From contig JAFQID010000029.1 of the NCBI GenBank assembly GCA_017397685.1, positions 1,931 to 65,930 on the forward strand: a stretch of DNA of 64,000 nucleotides. Direction: 5' to 3'. The notes beneath the pieces were generated by a model. The model worked only from the letters and a program-made list of their open reading frames with translations, was not told the origin of the DNA and did no database searches. Shown here piece by piece: positions 42,898 to 52,842 of the stretch. This stretch comes from Bacilli bacterium (GTDB lineage: Bacteria > Bacillota_I > Bacilli_A > RF39 > UBA660). Made by a program: the position numbers and the translations under genes. The stretch's first letter is position 1. The number at the start of each line of letters is the position of its first letter.

Positions 42898-43665
42898 TTA
42901 CCTATTTCTTGCTTTAATCAATATGTGTCTAAACTCATCTGGTAATTTTTTATTTGCTGCATCAATTAAATTATCACTAATTCCATATGCAGCTTCTGAC
43001 ATAGAACCTACAATACATGCATTAGTATCAGTATCACCACCCATATATACCGCTTTTCTTATAGCATCTTCAAAACCAGTTGAATAATAAAATACATATA
43101 AACAATTATCAATAGTTTCACTACAAGTAACATTAAACTTTTTAAAAGGAATATATTTTAGTTCAATTTTTAACTTATTATATATTTCCTCTTTTGATAG
43201 TCCTTTTCTTAAATAAAATATAACTAATGCAATCTTTGTAGCAGCATCTATTGATTCTTCCGAATTATGAGAAGGAATAGTTGCTAATTTAGCATTTTCA
43301 ATTACCTTCTCTTCAGAATCAAACATAAAACCAATTGGCGAAATTCTCATCATTGCACCATTTCCAGCGCTGTGACCAATAGAATCACTAATAGACCATT
43401 TCATCAATTTAGGAGAAAATGTAGTTTTAAAATATGGTTCAAAATCAGGTTTATATGAAGAATATTTCTTTATATAATATCTTAAATATTTTTCATAATC
43501 TTTATCATTTAAAATAGCATCCGCTATCGCTATTGTTAAAATAGTATCATCACTATAAAAAGCGTTGTTTTCAATAAGATTATCTATACTTATTTTTTCT
43601 ATAGATTTTGTTTGCTCAAACTCATATATGCTTCCAGCTAAATCACCTATTATTGCTCCATACAT
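42898..43665 (-). CDS. ADP-ribosylglycohydrolase-family protein
   Basis: MYGAIIGDLAGSIYEF at the N-terminus and GGDTDTNACIVGS near the C-terminus. Confidence 0.8.
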   Translation of the reverse strand: MYGAIIGDLAGSIYEFEQTKSIEKISIDNLIENNAFYSDDTILTIAIADAILNDKDYEKYLRYYIKKYSSYKPDFEPYFKTTFSPKLMKWSISDSIGHSAGNGAMMRISPIGFMFDSEEKVIENAKLATIPSHNSEESIDAATKIALVIFYLRKGLSKEEIYNKLKIELKYIPFKKFNVTCSETIDNCLYVFYYSTGFEDAIRKAVYMGGDTDTNACIVGSMSEAAYGISDNLIDAANKKLPDEFRHILIKARNR

Positions 43666-43818
43666 TAAAATTCACCTAGTAACATTGTACCAAATTTCAA
43701 ACGAAAAGTATTTAGTTCTAATAAAAAATGTTGAATTATTATAAATTCCGTTCAAAAAAGAAATAAACCAACTCACTTATTATTATACACAAAATTATAA
43801 CTAATAAATTGTAATTTG

Positions 43819-44685
43819 TTATTTAGTAAAATAAAATTCAGCTTTTTGTTGATTCTCTAATGATAATCTTTTTAGTGTTCCATCTTGATGGACATCCTCA
43901 ATTTGCTTTCTTACATTTCTTGGAAATATATTTTTTATGTCTTTTGGATAATAACTTCCATCTCTTGGTATTCTAGAATCGATAACTTCAAATTCATCAT
44001 TTATTTTTTCTACTACAAACTTATATGGTATTGATGAACTACTTTCATTAATAATTTTTTCATCTTCATAATAAAAGCATTCTTCTAATACCCAAGCATA
44101 AACATAATACAAATTATTTTCTTCCTTTTCATCTATTAGAAAAATTCTCATTGATGCAAATGTTTTTGAATTCTCATGTCTTTTATATTCATCTCCATTT
44201 GCAACTATATAATTTTCTATTGAATTAATAATCTTTTCATTATCTAGATTAACCGGAGGAAAATAATCAAATCCCCATGTACTAAAAAATACCGGTTCAT
44301 TATTTCTCATTCTATTAATATCAATACTAAATAATGTTACATATACTAACAAAAACAAAATTATTATTCCTATTATTATTGCATATTTGTTTCTTGTCTT
44401 TTTTATTTGTTTCTGTGAATAGTTAATAGTATTTAAAACATTTTCCTCAAACTTATTTTGATATTCTTTTTTATCTATTTTTTCTCCACTAATAAGTTCA
44501 TTGATTGATATTCCTAATTCTTGGCATAATGGTTTCATTAATGATAAATCTGGCATACCTCTACCATTTTCCCATTTTGATATTGCTCTATCTGTAACAC
44601 CAATCTTATCAGCTAATTCTTGTTGTGTCATATTTTTTTCTTTACGAAGTTCTAAAATAAACTTACCTATTTTTTCTTGATTCAT
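43819..44685 (-). CDS. XRE-family HTH, TM helix and extracytoplasmic domain protein
   Basis: MNQEKIGKFILELRKEKNMTQQELADKIGVTDRAISKWENGRGMPD. ATAAATTGTAATTT follows the stop. Confidence 0.8.
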   Translation of the reverse strand: MNQEKIGKFILELRKEKNMTQQELADKIGVTDRAISKWENGRGMPDLSLMKPLCQELGISINELISGEKIDKKEYQNKFEENVLNTINYSQKQIKKTRNKYAIIIGIIILFLLVYVTLFSIDINRMRNNEPVFFSTWGFDYFPPVNLDNEKIINSIENYIVANGDEYKRHENSKTFASMRIFLIDEKEENNLYYVYAWVLEECFYYEDEKIINESSSSIPYKFVVEKINDEFEVIDSRIPRDGSYYPKDIKNIFPRNVRKQIEDVHQDGTLKRLSLENQQKAEFYFTK

Positions 44686-44774
44686 ATTTTTTCTCCTTTC
44701 GTAAATTAATTATAATATAGCTGTATTAAGAATACACCAAACGAACCGTAGAGTTAAACAAACTACTATTTGTT

Positions 44775-45260
44775 CTATAAAATAAATTGTATAACCAATC
44801 CAACTATCGCACATATAACTAATGCTAAAACTTCTCCAATTAAACATCCCTTAATATGAAACCAATAATTATGATATTCATCTACCATATCTTCAGTACC
44901 TTTAAATACAAAATATGGATCGTGGCAAAACCAAATAATATCCATTACAACAGCATCGTATATGTTTACTATTGTCCATAGTAAAAATCCATAACTAAAG
45001 CCTTCTATAAAAGTTGTATATCCATTAACATACCTTAATATTAAACTTATAATAGCTATAATTAAAATTGATGCTAAACTTTTAGCTAATATTTTATTTT
45101 TTTGTGTTGGTATTTTATTTTTATATTCATCCAAAGATTTTACTCTTTCCTGAATCTTTGGTGGATAATTATATAAAGTTTTAATTGGTTCTCTAGACAT
45201 TACATATACCATTATTGTAAATAACACACATAGTGCAATACTTTCTATTACTAATATCAT
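44775..45260 (-). CDS. Membrane protein, 161 aa, four TM helices
   Basis: ORF with hydrophobic segments. Its promoter region is homologous to the promoter region of the gene at 45650-46282. Confidence 0.55.
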   Translation of the reverse strand: MILVIESIALCVLFTIMVYVMSREPIKTLYNYPPKIQERVKSLDEYKNKIPTQKNKILAKSLASILIIAIISLILRYVNGYTTFIEGFSYGFLLWTIVNIYDAVVMDIIWFCHDPYFVFKGTEDMVDEYHNYWFHIKGCLIGEVLALVICAIVGLVIQFIL

Positions 45261-45447
45261 ATACTTCTCTCACTTTCAAATTACTATTTGTTGTTCAGTT
45301 TTATTATATCACAAATATGCAAAAAATTAGATTGCGAGAACGACTAACTTCTAGATTTTATAATGTTTTCGTTATATCGTGTACGCTGCATGTATGCTGT
45401 GTGTTATCTTTAGTTCAAAATTAGCCTATTTTTCATATTTTATTACA

Positions 45448-45535
45448 GCAAAAAAACCGTAAATACGGACTTTTTGAAACATTGAAATACGTAATTTTGT
45501 ACCAATATTGGTAATTTTTTAACGTTTACTAAATT
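45448..45535 (-). repeat. Displaced copy of the rpsI 3' end with its terminator (left direct repeat)
   Basis: Near-identical to 46478-46563. It includes TTAACGTTTACTAAATT (the last 17 nt of rpsI) and the hairpin CCGTAAATACGG. Confidence 0.9.
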
Positions 45536-45570
45536 AGCTTCCCTTTATTTATGCGGGTTTACAGCGTTTT

Positions 45571-45603
45571 TGTATGATACGCGTATGATACCTGTAGTAT
45601 CTT
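45571..45603 (-). repeat. Iterons, GTATGATAC family
   Basis: TGTATGATACG CGTATGATACC TGTAGTATCTT, an 11-bp period. Confidence 0.85.
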
Positions 45604-45649
45604 CAACTGACTCTGAGATATCTTAGTAATTTTGTTCTTATATAAGACA

Positions 45650-46282
45650 TTATTTTAAACCTAAATGTCTACTTAAAACTTTTTGTCCTTTTTCAGGATT
45701 AGTTGCAAATTCAAGCATTTGTTCTTTATTTATTCTTTCAAAAATATATCTTCCATATTTCAATATATCTCTAGCAGCGGAATAATTGCCAACATGAACA
45801 TAATATTCCATAGCATTATTTATTTGATTTATAATTATTTCCTGAAAAGTCATAGAGGTAAAATATGTATCTCTTGCAAATTTAATATTATCTCTCTCAT
45901 CATAAAATAAGGGAAATATCGGGCTATAAGTTATAGTTCCATTATTGATGTTAAAAACACCCGGTATTAGTCCATAAGGATCGCTAAGCTTCATACCAGC
46001 ATACCTTATCCCTTTACTTAATTCCTCTTCTCTTAAATTACATCCACCCATAGGTTTTAATGGATCATCGATTGAAATACAAGCACGTCTGAATTGATTT
46101 AAAGATTCATTATTACTAAAATCATATTTAGATAATTCTTCAGGAGAAATATAACTAAGAAAAAATCTATCATTATCTATTTCGTGCTTTTTATCCTCTA
46201 ATATTCTAGAAAAAATATCTTCTGTCGAACTTATTTCAATTTGTTCTAATCTTATAATTCTATCTATATATATCTGTGACAT
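45650..46282 (-). CDS. Hypothetical protein, 210 aa (cargo of the rpsI-locus cassette)
   Basis: Long ORF with no recognised domain. Confidence 0.6.
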   Translation of the reverse strand: MSQIYIDRIIRLEQIEISSTEDIFSRILEDKKHEIDNDRFFLSYISPEELSKYDFSNNESLNQFRRACISIDDPLKPMGGCNLREEELSKGIRYAGMKLSDPYGLIPGVFNINNGTITYSPIFPLFYDERDNIKFARDTYFTSMTFQEIIINQINNAMEYYVHVGNYSAARDILKYGRYIFERINKEQMLEFATNPEKGQKVLSRHLGLK

Positions 46283-46408
46283 AATATATTCCCCTTAAAA
46301 AAGAATTTGATAAACTTTATTATATCACAAATTCTCATTTTATCCTAATCACAGAACTATTGCCAGCACGACTAGCCTCTAGGTTCTATAAGGGTTTCTT
46401 ATACATTG

Positions 46409-46452
46409 TGTATGATACCTGTATGATACCTGTATGATACTTGTATGATACA
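46409..46452 (-). repeat. Iterons, GTATGATAC family, four copies
   Basis: TGTATGATACC TGTATGATACC TGTATGATACT TGTATGATACA, an exact 11-bp period. Confidence 0.95.
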
Positions 46453-46477
46453 AGCTAAAAGCTTAATTTCAGACAAG

Positions 46478-46563
46478 CAAAAAAGCCCGTAAATACGGAC
46501 TTTTTAAAATTGAAATACGTAATTTTGTACCAATATTGGTAATTTTTTAACGTTTACTAAATT
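46478..46563 (-). repeat. Native rpsI 3' end with its terminator (right direct repeat)
   Basis: The partner of 45448-45535. It overlaps the rpsI stop at 46547-46549. Confidence 0.9.
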
Positions 46564-46942
46564 GAGGTGCCCTTCTAGCCTTCTTAAGACCATATTTCTT
46601 TCTTTCTTTAATTCTTGCATCTCTAGTAATCATACCATTACTTTTAAGCGTAGATCTATTCTCACCATTAGCAAGCATTAAAGCTCTAGCAATACCTAAT
46701 CTAATAGCACCAGTTTGACCATTAAATCCTCCACCTTTAACAGAAACACTAATATCATATTTATTTAATGAATCAGTAAGTTCTAAAGGTTGAACTAAAT
46801 CCATTACTAAAGTCTCATAAGGCATATAATCTTTAACATCTTTTCCATTAACTACTATTTTACCTGTTCCAGAAGTCATAGTAACTCTAGCAACACTTCT
46901 TTTTCTTCTTCCAGTAGCAACCCATCTATTTTTCTCTGCCAT
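46547..46942 (-). CDS. rpsI: 30S ribosomal protein S9
   Basis: The protein ends ...[12 protein letters not shown]. It sits in the usual rplM-rpsI pair. Confidence 0.97.
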   Translation of the reverse strand: MAEKNRWVATGRRKRSVARVTMTSGTGKIVVNGKDVKDYMPYETLVMDLVQPLELTDSLNKYDISVSVKGGGFNGQTGAIRLGIARALMLANGENRSTLKSNGMITRDARIKERKKYGLKKARRAPQFSKR

Positions 46943-46943
46943 A

Positions 46944-47372
46944 TTATACCTCTAAACTTTCTGGTTTTTGAGCAACTTGCTTATGCTCAGAACCCTCATA
47001 AACAAATAATTTTTTATACATTTGTCTTCCAAGTCTTCCTTTAGGAAGCATACCCTTAACAGCTTTTTCAAGCATTTCAACAGGATATTTTTCTTTCATA
47101 ACTCTAGCAGTTCTAACTCTTAAACCACCAGGATAACCACTATGGTTGTAATACATTTTTTTATCTAGTTTATCACCAGTTAAATTAATTTTTCCAGCAT
47201 TGATAATTACAACATTATCACCTGAATCAACATGTGGCGTATAAGTAGGTTTGTGCTTTCCTCTAAGTACATGAGCAGCTTTAGAAGCAACACGTCCAAG
47301 GTTTTTTCCCTCAGCATCAATAATATACCACTTATGAACAGCCTCTTCTTTTTTTAACATAAATGTTTTCAT
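46944..47372 (-). CDS. rplM: 50S ribosomal protein L13
   Basis: [30 protein letters not shown].... ATG at 47372 follows RBS AAGGAG; the track start is 47435. Confidence 0.95.
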   Translation of the reverse strand: MKTFMLKKEEAVHKWYIIDAEGKNLGRVASKAAHVLRGKHKPTYTPHVDSGDNVVIINAGKINLTGDKLDKKMYYNHSGYPGGLRVRTARVMKEKYPVEMLEKAVKGMLPKGRLGRQMYKKLFVYEGSEHKQVAQKPESLEV

Positions 47373-47498
47373 TATAAATTTCTCCTTCTTAAGATCATAG
47401 CCATCTATAAAAGATGATAACATATAAATTTGCAACTTTATACATTAAATAATTTCCTTCCCACAGAAACTATGCCCCAATCAAAATGTACCGGTCAT

Positions 47499-47527
47499 AT
47501 TATACAAAAACTATATACATTTGTCAA
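47499..47527 (-). promoter_or_regulatory. Consensus promoter of the rplM-rpsI operon, followed by a roughly 120-nt leader
   Basis: Minus strand TTGACA (47527-47522), 17 nt spacer, TATAAT (47504-47499). The leader may be an L13-type autoregulatory leader, which I have not verified. Confidence 0.6.
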
Positions 47528-47614
47528 TCTTTTTTAGCATAAGAATTTCAAAGACAATATTGACAAAATAAAAATATAATTATAGAATAATTATAGTTAT
47601 ACTAGGAGGAAAAA

Positions 47615-48676
47615 ATGAAAAATAAAGGGATGTTAATTTTTATAACTTTTTTATTAATTGTATGTACAGCGGCAGCTGCATTAGGTTTTATTGAAAGCAA
47701 AAAAGTAAAAGAACCAATAAAAGTGCCCGAAGAAAAAGCAGAAATAACTTATGTATATTACTTAGAAGATGTAGAAGTAGAGCAAATGCCTACCAATATA
47801 AAAGAAACAGATGATGAAGGAAATGAAATAGAAAATATACTTTATGAGTATTCTTCACATACATGTACAAACAAAATTGAAGGAACATTTAATACAGAAA
47901 CATGGACATTCGAACCTAACAAAGTATTAGATGGAACTTGTAAAATCTATTTTGTAAAATCAAAATATGAAGTGTCCTTTGTCGCAACAAATGCAGCAAT
48001 TAGTGAAGATAATGAAAAATATATTGACAGAGGAGAAAGTGGCTCATTTATAGTAACCCCAACAGAAGGTTATGAGTTTGAAAGTATATCATGTACTGAT
48101 GAAAAAGAAGCTACCTTTGATCCAGAAACAAATAAAGTAACAATAAGCAATATAATGAAAGATGTAGCATGCAAAATAGACTTTAAAATCAAAAAATTAG
48201 AAATGAAAGTAACAGTTAAAAATGGAACAGGAAACACAACAGAAACAGCTGAATATGGTCAATCAATATCAGCCATAATTAAAGCAGACACTGGCTTTGA
48301 AAATCCAAAAATAGAATGTACAAATAACCAAACAGCAACTTTTGAAGATAATGAATTAAAAATATATAAATTAACAGATAATACATCATGCAAAGTAACA
48401 TTTGAAAAAGTACCCGTTGAACAATTCACATTGACTATAGATGAAAGCAAACCTGATACTATAAAAGTAGTGCAAGGTTCAATGATTCAAGCTATAAACA
48501 AAAATGAAACAGGTAGTTTTACATTAAAAGCTGATGAAGGATATGAAATAGATAATGTATCGTGTGGAGACACTATACCGACAATAACAGAAGAATCTAA
48601 TGGTACAAAATATACATTTAATGAAGTATCTAAAAATATTACTTGTGAAGTAAGTGCAAAAATAGTAAGCGAATAA
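47615..48676 (+). CDS. Membrane-anchored extracellular protein with internal repeats
   Basis: An N-terminal TM helix or signal is followed by repeated modules of about 75 aa (..EGYEFESISCTD.., ..EGYEIDNVSCGD..). Confidence 0.6.
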   Translation: MKNKGMLIFITFLLIVCTAAAALGFIESKKVKEPIKVPEEKAEITYVYYLEDVEVEQMPTNIKETDDEGNEIENILYEYSSHTCTNKIEGTFNTETWTFEPNKVLDGTCKIYFVKSKYEVSFVATNAAISEDNEKYIDRGESGSFIVTPTEGYEFESISCTDEKEATFDPETNKVTISNIMKDVACKIDFKIKKLEMKVTVKNGTGNTTETAEYGQSISAIIKADTGFENPKIECTNNQTATFEDNELKIYKLTDNTSCKVTFEKVPVEQFTLTIDESKPDTIKVVQGSMIQAINKNETGSFTLKADEGYEIDNVSCGDTIPTITEESNGTKYTFNEVSKNITCEVSAKIVSE

Positions 48677-48745
48677 TCATAGGAAACTATGATTTTTTCT
48701 TGATTAAAAATCAATATTAATTTATAATTGTCTCGAGGAAAAATT

Positions 48746-49726
48746 ATGTGGAAAATAGGTAATGTTGAAATCAAAAACAAAATAGTATTTGCTCCCATGG
48801 CAGGTGTTTCCAATATAAGTTTTAGGAAAATCATAAAAGAAATGGGCGCAGGTTTAATATACTCAGAAATGGTAAGCAATATGGGTATAATATATAATAG
48901 TAAAAAAACAATTGAATTACTCAAGATAAATAATGAAGAAAGACCAATAAGTATTCAAATATTTGGTAGTGACACAGAAAGTTTTATAAATGCAGCAAAA
49001 TACGTAGAAGAAAATTTCAAACCAGACATAATAGATATAAACATGGGTTGTCCTGTTCCAAAAGTAGCTGTGAAATCTCAAGCAGGATCAGCACTACTTA
49101 AAAATCCCGAAAAAATATATGAAATAGTTAAAAATGTAGTAGACAATATTAAAACACCAGTAACAGTAAAAATAAGATTGGGTTGGGATAAAAATAATAT
49201 AAACTGTATAGAAATAGCCAAACTAATAGAAAAAGCAGGAGCAAGCGCTATAGCACTTCATGCAAGAACAAGAGCTGATGGCTACTCTGGAAAAGCAGAT
49301 TGGAAATACATAAAACAAGTAAAAGAAAATGTTACAGTGCCAGTAATTGGAAATGGAGATGTTACTTCACCAGAAGAAGCAATAAAAATGCTAAAAGAAA
49401 CAAATTGCGATGCAGTAATGATTGGAAGAGCAACCCTCGGAAACCCATGGATAATTAAAAAATGCGTTGAAAAACTAGAAAATGATATAGATATACCGGA
49501 TCCATCTTATACAGAAAGAATAGACATGATCCTAAAACACTATAATCTTCTAAAAGAAAATACAAACGAAAAAACGGCATTACTTGAAATAAAAACACAC
49601 GCTCTATGGTACTTAAAATATATACCAAACTCAAAAGAAATAAAAAGACAAATCTCAGTAGTAAAAACTGAAAAAGAATTCCTAAAAATATTAAAAAACT
49701 TTAAACAAGAACTTATAAATTATTAA
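48746..49726 (+). CDS. dusB: tRNA-dihydrouridine synthase
   Basis: FAPMAGVSN, DINMGCP and the TIM-barrel Dus motifs. ATG at 48746 follows RBS GAGGA. Confidence 0.9.
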   Translation: MWKIGNVEIKNKIVFAPMAGVSNISFRKIIKEMGAGLIYSEMVSNMGIIYNSKKTIELLKINNEERPISIQIFGSDTESFINAAKYVEENFKPDIIDINMGCPVPKVAVKSQAGSALLKNPEKIYEIVKNVVDNIKTPVTVKIRLGWDKNNINCIEIAKLIEKAGASAIALHARTRADGYSGKADWKYIKQVKENVTVPVIGNGDVTSPEEAIKMLKETNCDAVMIGRATLGNPWIIKKCVEKLENDIDIPDPSYTERIDMILKHYNLLKENTNEKTALLEIKTHALWYLKYIPNSKEIKRQISVVKTEKEFLKILKNFKQELINY

Positions 49727-49836
49727 GTTCTTTTACTTTGTGAAAAATAAATTAAAAATCGAAATAAATTAAAAATTTTAAGAACGCTTGTATTGAAAAT
49801 ATTTTTGTAATATAATGAATTCGAGGAGGGATAGAG

Positions 49837-51348
49837 GTGACAATACTAAAATTTATATTATTTATTATATTTGAAGCTCTTTTAGTTTTATCTTATAAAA
49901 AAATAAAAACTGAAAAAACAGCATTATTTAAAAATATAATATTTATATTATTTCAAATTGTTATCATAACATGGTTTGTACCAGCAAGCTACTTTAGCGG
50001 CGGAGAATTAGCTGAACTTGAAATGAACAGAATCGGTATATTCGATTTCTTCCAATTACTATTCGGATCATTCCAATTTCAATATTTTATCCAAATATTA
50101 TTCCTATTAGTATCTGTTGGAGCACTTTATGGTGTTTTAGGAACTACAGGAAAGTATAGAGCTTGGATAGAAAAAGTCGCAAACAAATTTAAAAGAAAGG
50201 AAAAAATATTCTTAATACTAGTTGCATCATTACTTGCAATACTAACATCAGCATTTGATTACGGTCTAATGTTATTAATATTTATCCCAGCAATAATAAG
50301 TATTATATTAACAATGGGATACGATAAAATAACAGCTGTATTATCAACATTTGGTGCTATGTTAATTGGTACTATAGGTGCTACATTTAATGAAAACATT
50401 ATAGGAACAATTAACTCACAAATACCAAGTGCAACAAACACAACTGGAATAATATTTAAAATTGCCCTATTAGTATTATCTTTAGCTACTTTAATAGTAT
50501 ACTTAGTAAGAGTTAAATTAACTAAAACTAAAAAAGATGAAGCAATTGAAGACATGTTTATTGGAGAAAAAAGTTCAAATAAATATCCAGTTTGGCCAGT
50601 ATATGTAATGTTTATAATAATATTTGTAATATTAGTATTAGCATGTACTCCATGGACATCATTTAATATTAATTTATTTACAAATGTACACAACGCTGTT
50701 ACCGAGTTCACACTAGCTGATATTTCATTCCTTGCTAAATGGTTTGAAGGAGCTAAACTAACAACTGAACCTTTCTTTGGAAGTATTCTTGGAACAATAA
50801 CTGAATTTGGATCATGGTACTACGCTGAAATGTCAGTAGTTTGCTTAATCGCTGCAATAGTAATGGGCAAAGTATATAGAAAAAAATTATCTGAAGTATT
50901 TGCTAATATGGCTGAAGGTGCATTAAAAATGATTAAACCAGCTTTATTAATAATGTTAGCATATACAGTTGTATACTTCACAGGAAATACATACTTCTTC
51001 CCAACAATAGCTGATAAAATATTATCGCTAACAAAAGGATTTAATGTATTTACTACAACAGTTGCAACAGCCCTTGGTTCTTTATTACATGTGGATATGG
51101 TATATGTATCAAATTACATATTACCACAAACTATTGGAATGTTTGCTGGAAGCGAAACTATAGTTGCTTTAATAACACAAAGCATATATGGAGTAACAAT
51201 GTTTGTAGCCCCTACTAGTGCTCTTATAATACTAGGACTAAGTTATTTAAATATTTCTTATAAAGAATGGATAAAAAAAACTTGGTTACTAACACTATTA
51301 TTATTAGCAGTTTCATTAGTAGTAGTAATAATAGCTGCATTAATATAA
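49837..51348 (+). CDS. Polytopic membrane transporter (YfcC/DcuC-like)
   Basis: 503 aa with at least 10 hydrophobic segments and a GTG start. The family assignment is tentative. Confidence 0.45.
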   Translation: MTILKFILFIIFEALLVLSYKKIKTEKTALFKNIIFILFQIVIITWFVPASYFSGGELAELEMNRIGIFDFFQLLFGSFQFQYFIQILFLLVSVGALYGVLGTTGKYRAWIEKVANKFKRKEKIFLILVASLLAILTSAFDYGLMLLIFIPAIISIILTMGYDKITAVLSTFGAMLIGTIGATFNENIIGTINSQIPSATNTTGIIFKIALLVLSLATLIVYLVRVKLTKTKKDEAIEDMFIGEKSSNKYPVWPVYVMFIIIFVILVLACTPWTSFNINLFTNVHNAVTEFTLADISFLAKWFEGAKLTTEPFFGSILGTITEFGSWYYAEMSVVCLIAAIVMGKVYRKKLSEVFANMAEGALKMIKPALLIMLAYTVVYFTGNTYFFPTIADKILSLTKGFNVFTTTVATALGSLLHVDMVYVSNYILPQTIGMFAGSETIVALITQSIYGVTMFVAPTSALIILGLSYLNISYKEWIKKTWLLTLLLLAVSLVVVIIAALI

Positions 51349-51410
51349 AGAAAACTAAAAAGTTTTCTTTTTTTATGTTTATTTTTCTTATATAAAGACA
51401 TAATATTAAT

Positions 51411-52790
51411 ATGACAAACTATACAGAAGAAGTTAAAAAAATATTAAAAACAAGTGAAGTAGAAATGTTAAACTTACATCATCCATTTTTAGGAACAGAG
51501 CATCTTTTATTAGGAATATTAAAAACAAACAATGATATCAAAGAACTCTTAAACAAAAAAAACATATATTACGAAAATTTTAAAACAAAGCTAATAAAAT
51601 ATGTAAAAAAAGGAAATAAACGTAGTAATAATATAACATACACTCCTCTACTAAAACGAATAATACTAAATGCTAGTAAAGACGGAAAAACAGATTTAAA
51701 AAACTTAATGATTTCGTTTTTAGAAGAAGGTGAAGGAATAGGCATAACACTTCTAAATAACATGAAACTAGATTTAAATAACTTTTATCAAACTATAAAA
51801 AATATAGCAAAAACTCAAGAATATGGAATTAATTTAAATGAACTAGCCAAAAATAATAAATTAACTCCTGTTATTAATAGAGAAAATGAAATAAATGAAC
51901 TAATAGAAGTTCTTAGTCGAAAAAACAAATGTAATCCATTATTAATTGGAAAAGCAGGAACAGGAAAAACCGCAATAGTAGAAGGTTTAGCCATAAAAAT
52001 AGTAAACAAAGAAGTCCCGAAATTTATGCAAAATAAAGAAATAATATCAATAAACTTATCATCAGTTATAAGTGGTACTAGATATAGAGGAGAATTCGAA
52101 GAAAAACTTCATAAAATAATCAAAGATTTTGAAAATAATCCAAACCTTATCATGTTTATTGATGAAGTACACACATTAGTAGGAGCAGGTGGTGCAGAAG
52201 GAGCAATAGATGCATCAAACATATTAAAACCATATCTAGCAAGAAACAATATAAAATGTATAGGAGCAACAACTTTAGCAGAATATAAAAAATCAATACT
52301 AAAAGATAAAGCTTTAAATAGAAGATTTCAAAAAATTGAAATAGAAGAACCAAATATAGAAAAAACAAAATACATATTAAAAAGTATTAAAAATATATAT
52401 GAAAATTATCATAATGTTATTATTACAAATAGCCAAATAGATTCATTAGTCGATTTAACATCAAAATACATATTAGACAAATCAGAACCCGATAGAAGTA
52501 TAGATATACTAGATGAAGTATGTACTAAAACATCTATATATGATTATGAAAATGAAACAAAAAAACTCAAAATGGAATTAGAAAAGATAAAAGAAAAAAA
52601 AGAAGAAGCAATATATAATAAAGATATATCTTTAGCAACGCACTATAAAGAAAAAGAAAAAAATATTGAAAAGAAAGTTAATAGATACAAACCAAAAGTA
52701 AAAACTGAAACAATAAAAAACGTAATATTAAACAAAACTAAACACAATATAAAACCAATAGGATACACTGCAGAAATAAGTTATACATAA
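51411..52790 (+). CDS. ClpC-like AAA+ protein with a Clp-N domain and a single D1 ATPase module
   Basis: The Clp-N repeat reads FLGTEHLLLGIL. Walker A is GKAGTGKTAIVEGLA and Walker B is IMFIDEVH. There is no second AAA module. Confidence 0.7.
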   Translation: MTNYTEEVKKILKTSEVEMLNLHHPFLGTEHLLLGILKTNNDIKELLNKKNIYYENFKTKLIKYVKKGNKRSNNITYTPLLKRIILNASKDGKTDLKNLMISFLEEGEGIGITLLNNMKLDLNNFYQTIKNIAKTQEYGINLNELAKNNKLTPVINRENEINELIEVLSRKNKCNPLLIGKAGTGKTAIVEGLAIKIVNKEVPKFMQNKEIISINLSSVISGTRYRGEFEEKLHKIIKDFENNPNLIMFIDEVHTLVGAGGAEGAIDASNILKPYLARNNIKCIGATTLAEYKKSILKDKALNRRFQKIEIEEPNIEKTKYILKSIKNIYENYHNVIITNSQIDSLVDLTSKYILDKSEPDRSIDILDEVCTKTSIYDYENETKKLKMELEKIKEKKEEAIYNKDISLATHYKEKEKNIEKKVNRYKPKVKTETIKNVILNKTKHNIKPIGYTAEISYT

Positions 52791-52842
52791 TTTCTTCAAA
52801 TTATCACATTCTAATGATATAATAAAAATAGGAGTGATAAAA

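Larger units (their letters stand above)
45536..46477 (-). mobile_element. Putative cassette inserted at the rpsI 3' end
   Basis: A single gene bracketed by iteron clusters and by roughly 86-bp direct repeats that contain the rpsI tail. Confidence 0.5.

Noticed and set aside
43684-43705. A possible third displaced copy of the rpsI-proximal sequence (GTAACATTGTACCAAATTT against GTAATTTTGTACCAATATT)
   Set aside because: Only about 19 nt match imperfectly and no rpsI coding tail is attached. I mention it only as something to test under the rpsI finding.
47373-47492. The rplM 5' leader as an L13 ribosomal-protein leader motif
   Set aside because: A consensus promoter and a leader of about 120 nt with a small hairpin are present. 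I cannot recall the family consensus well enough to confirm it, so I recorded only the promoter.
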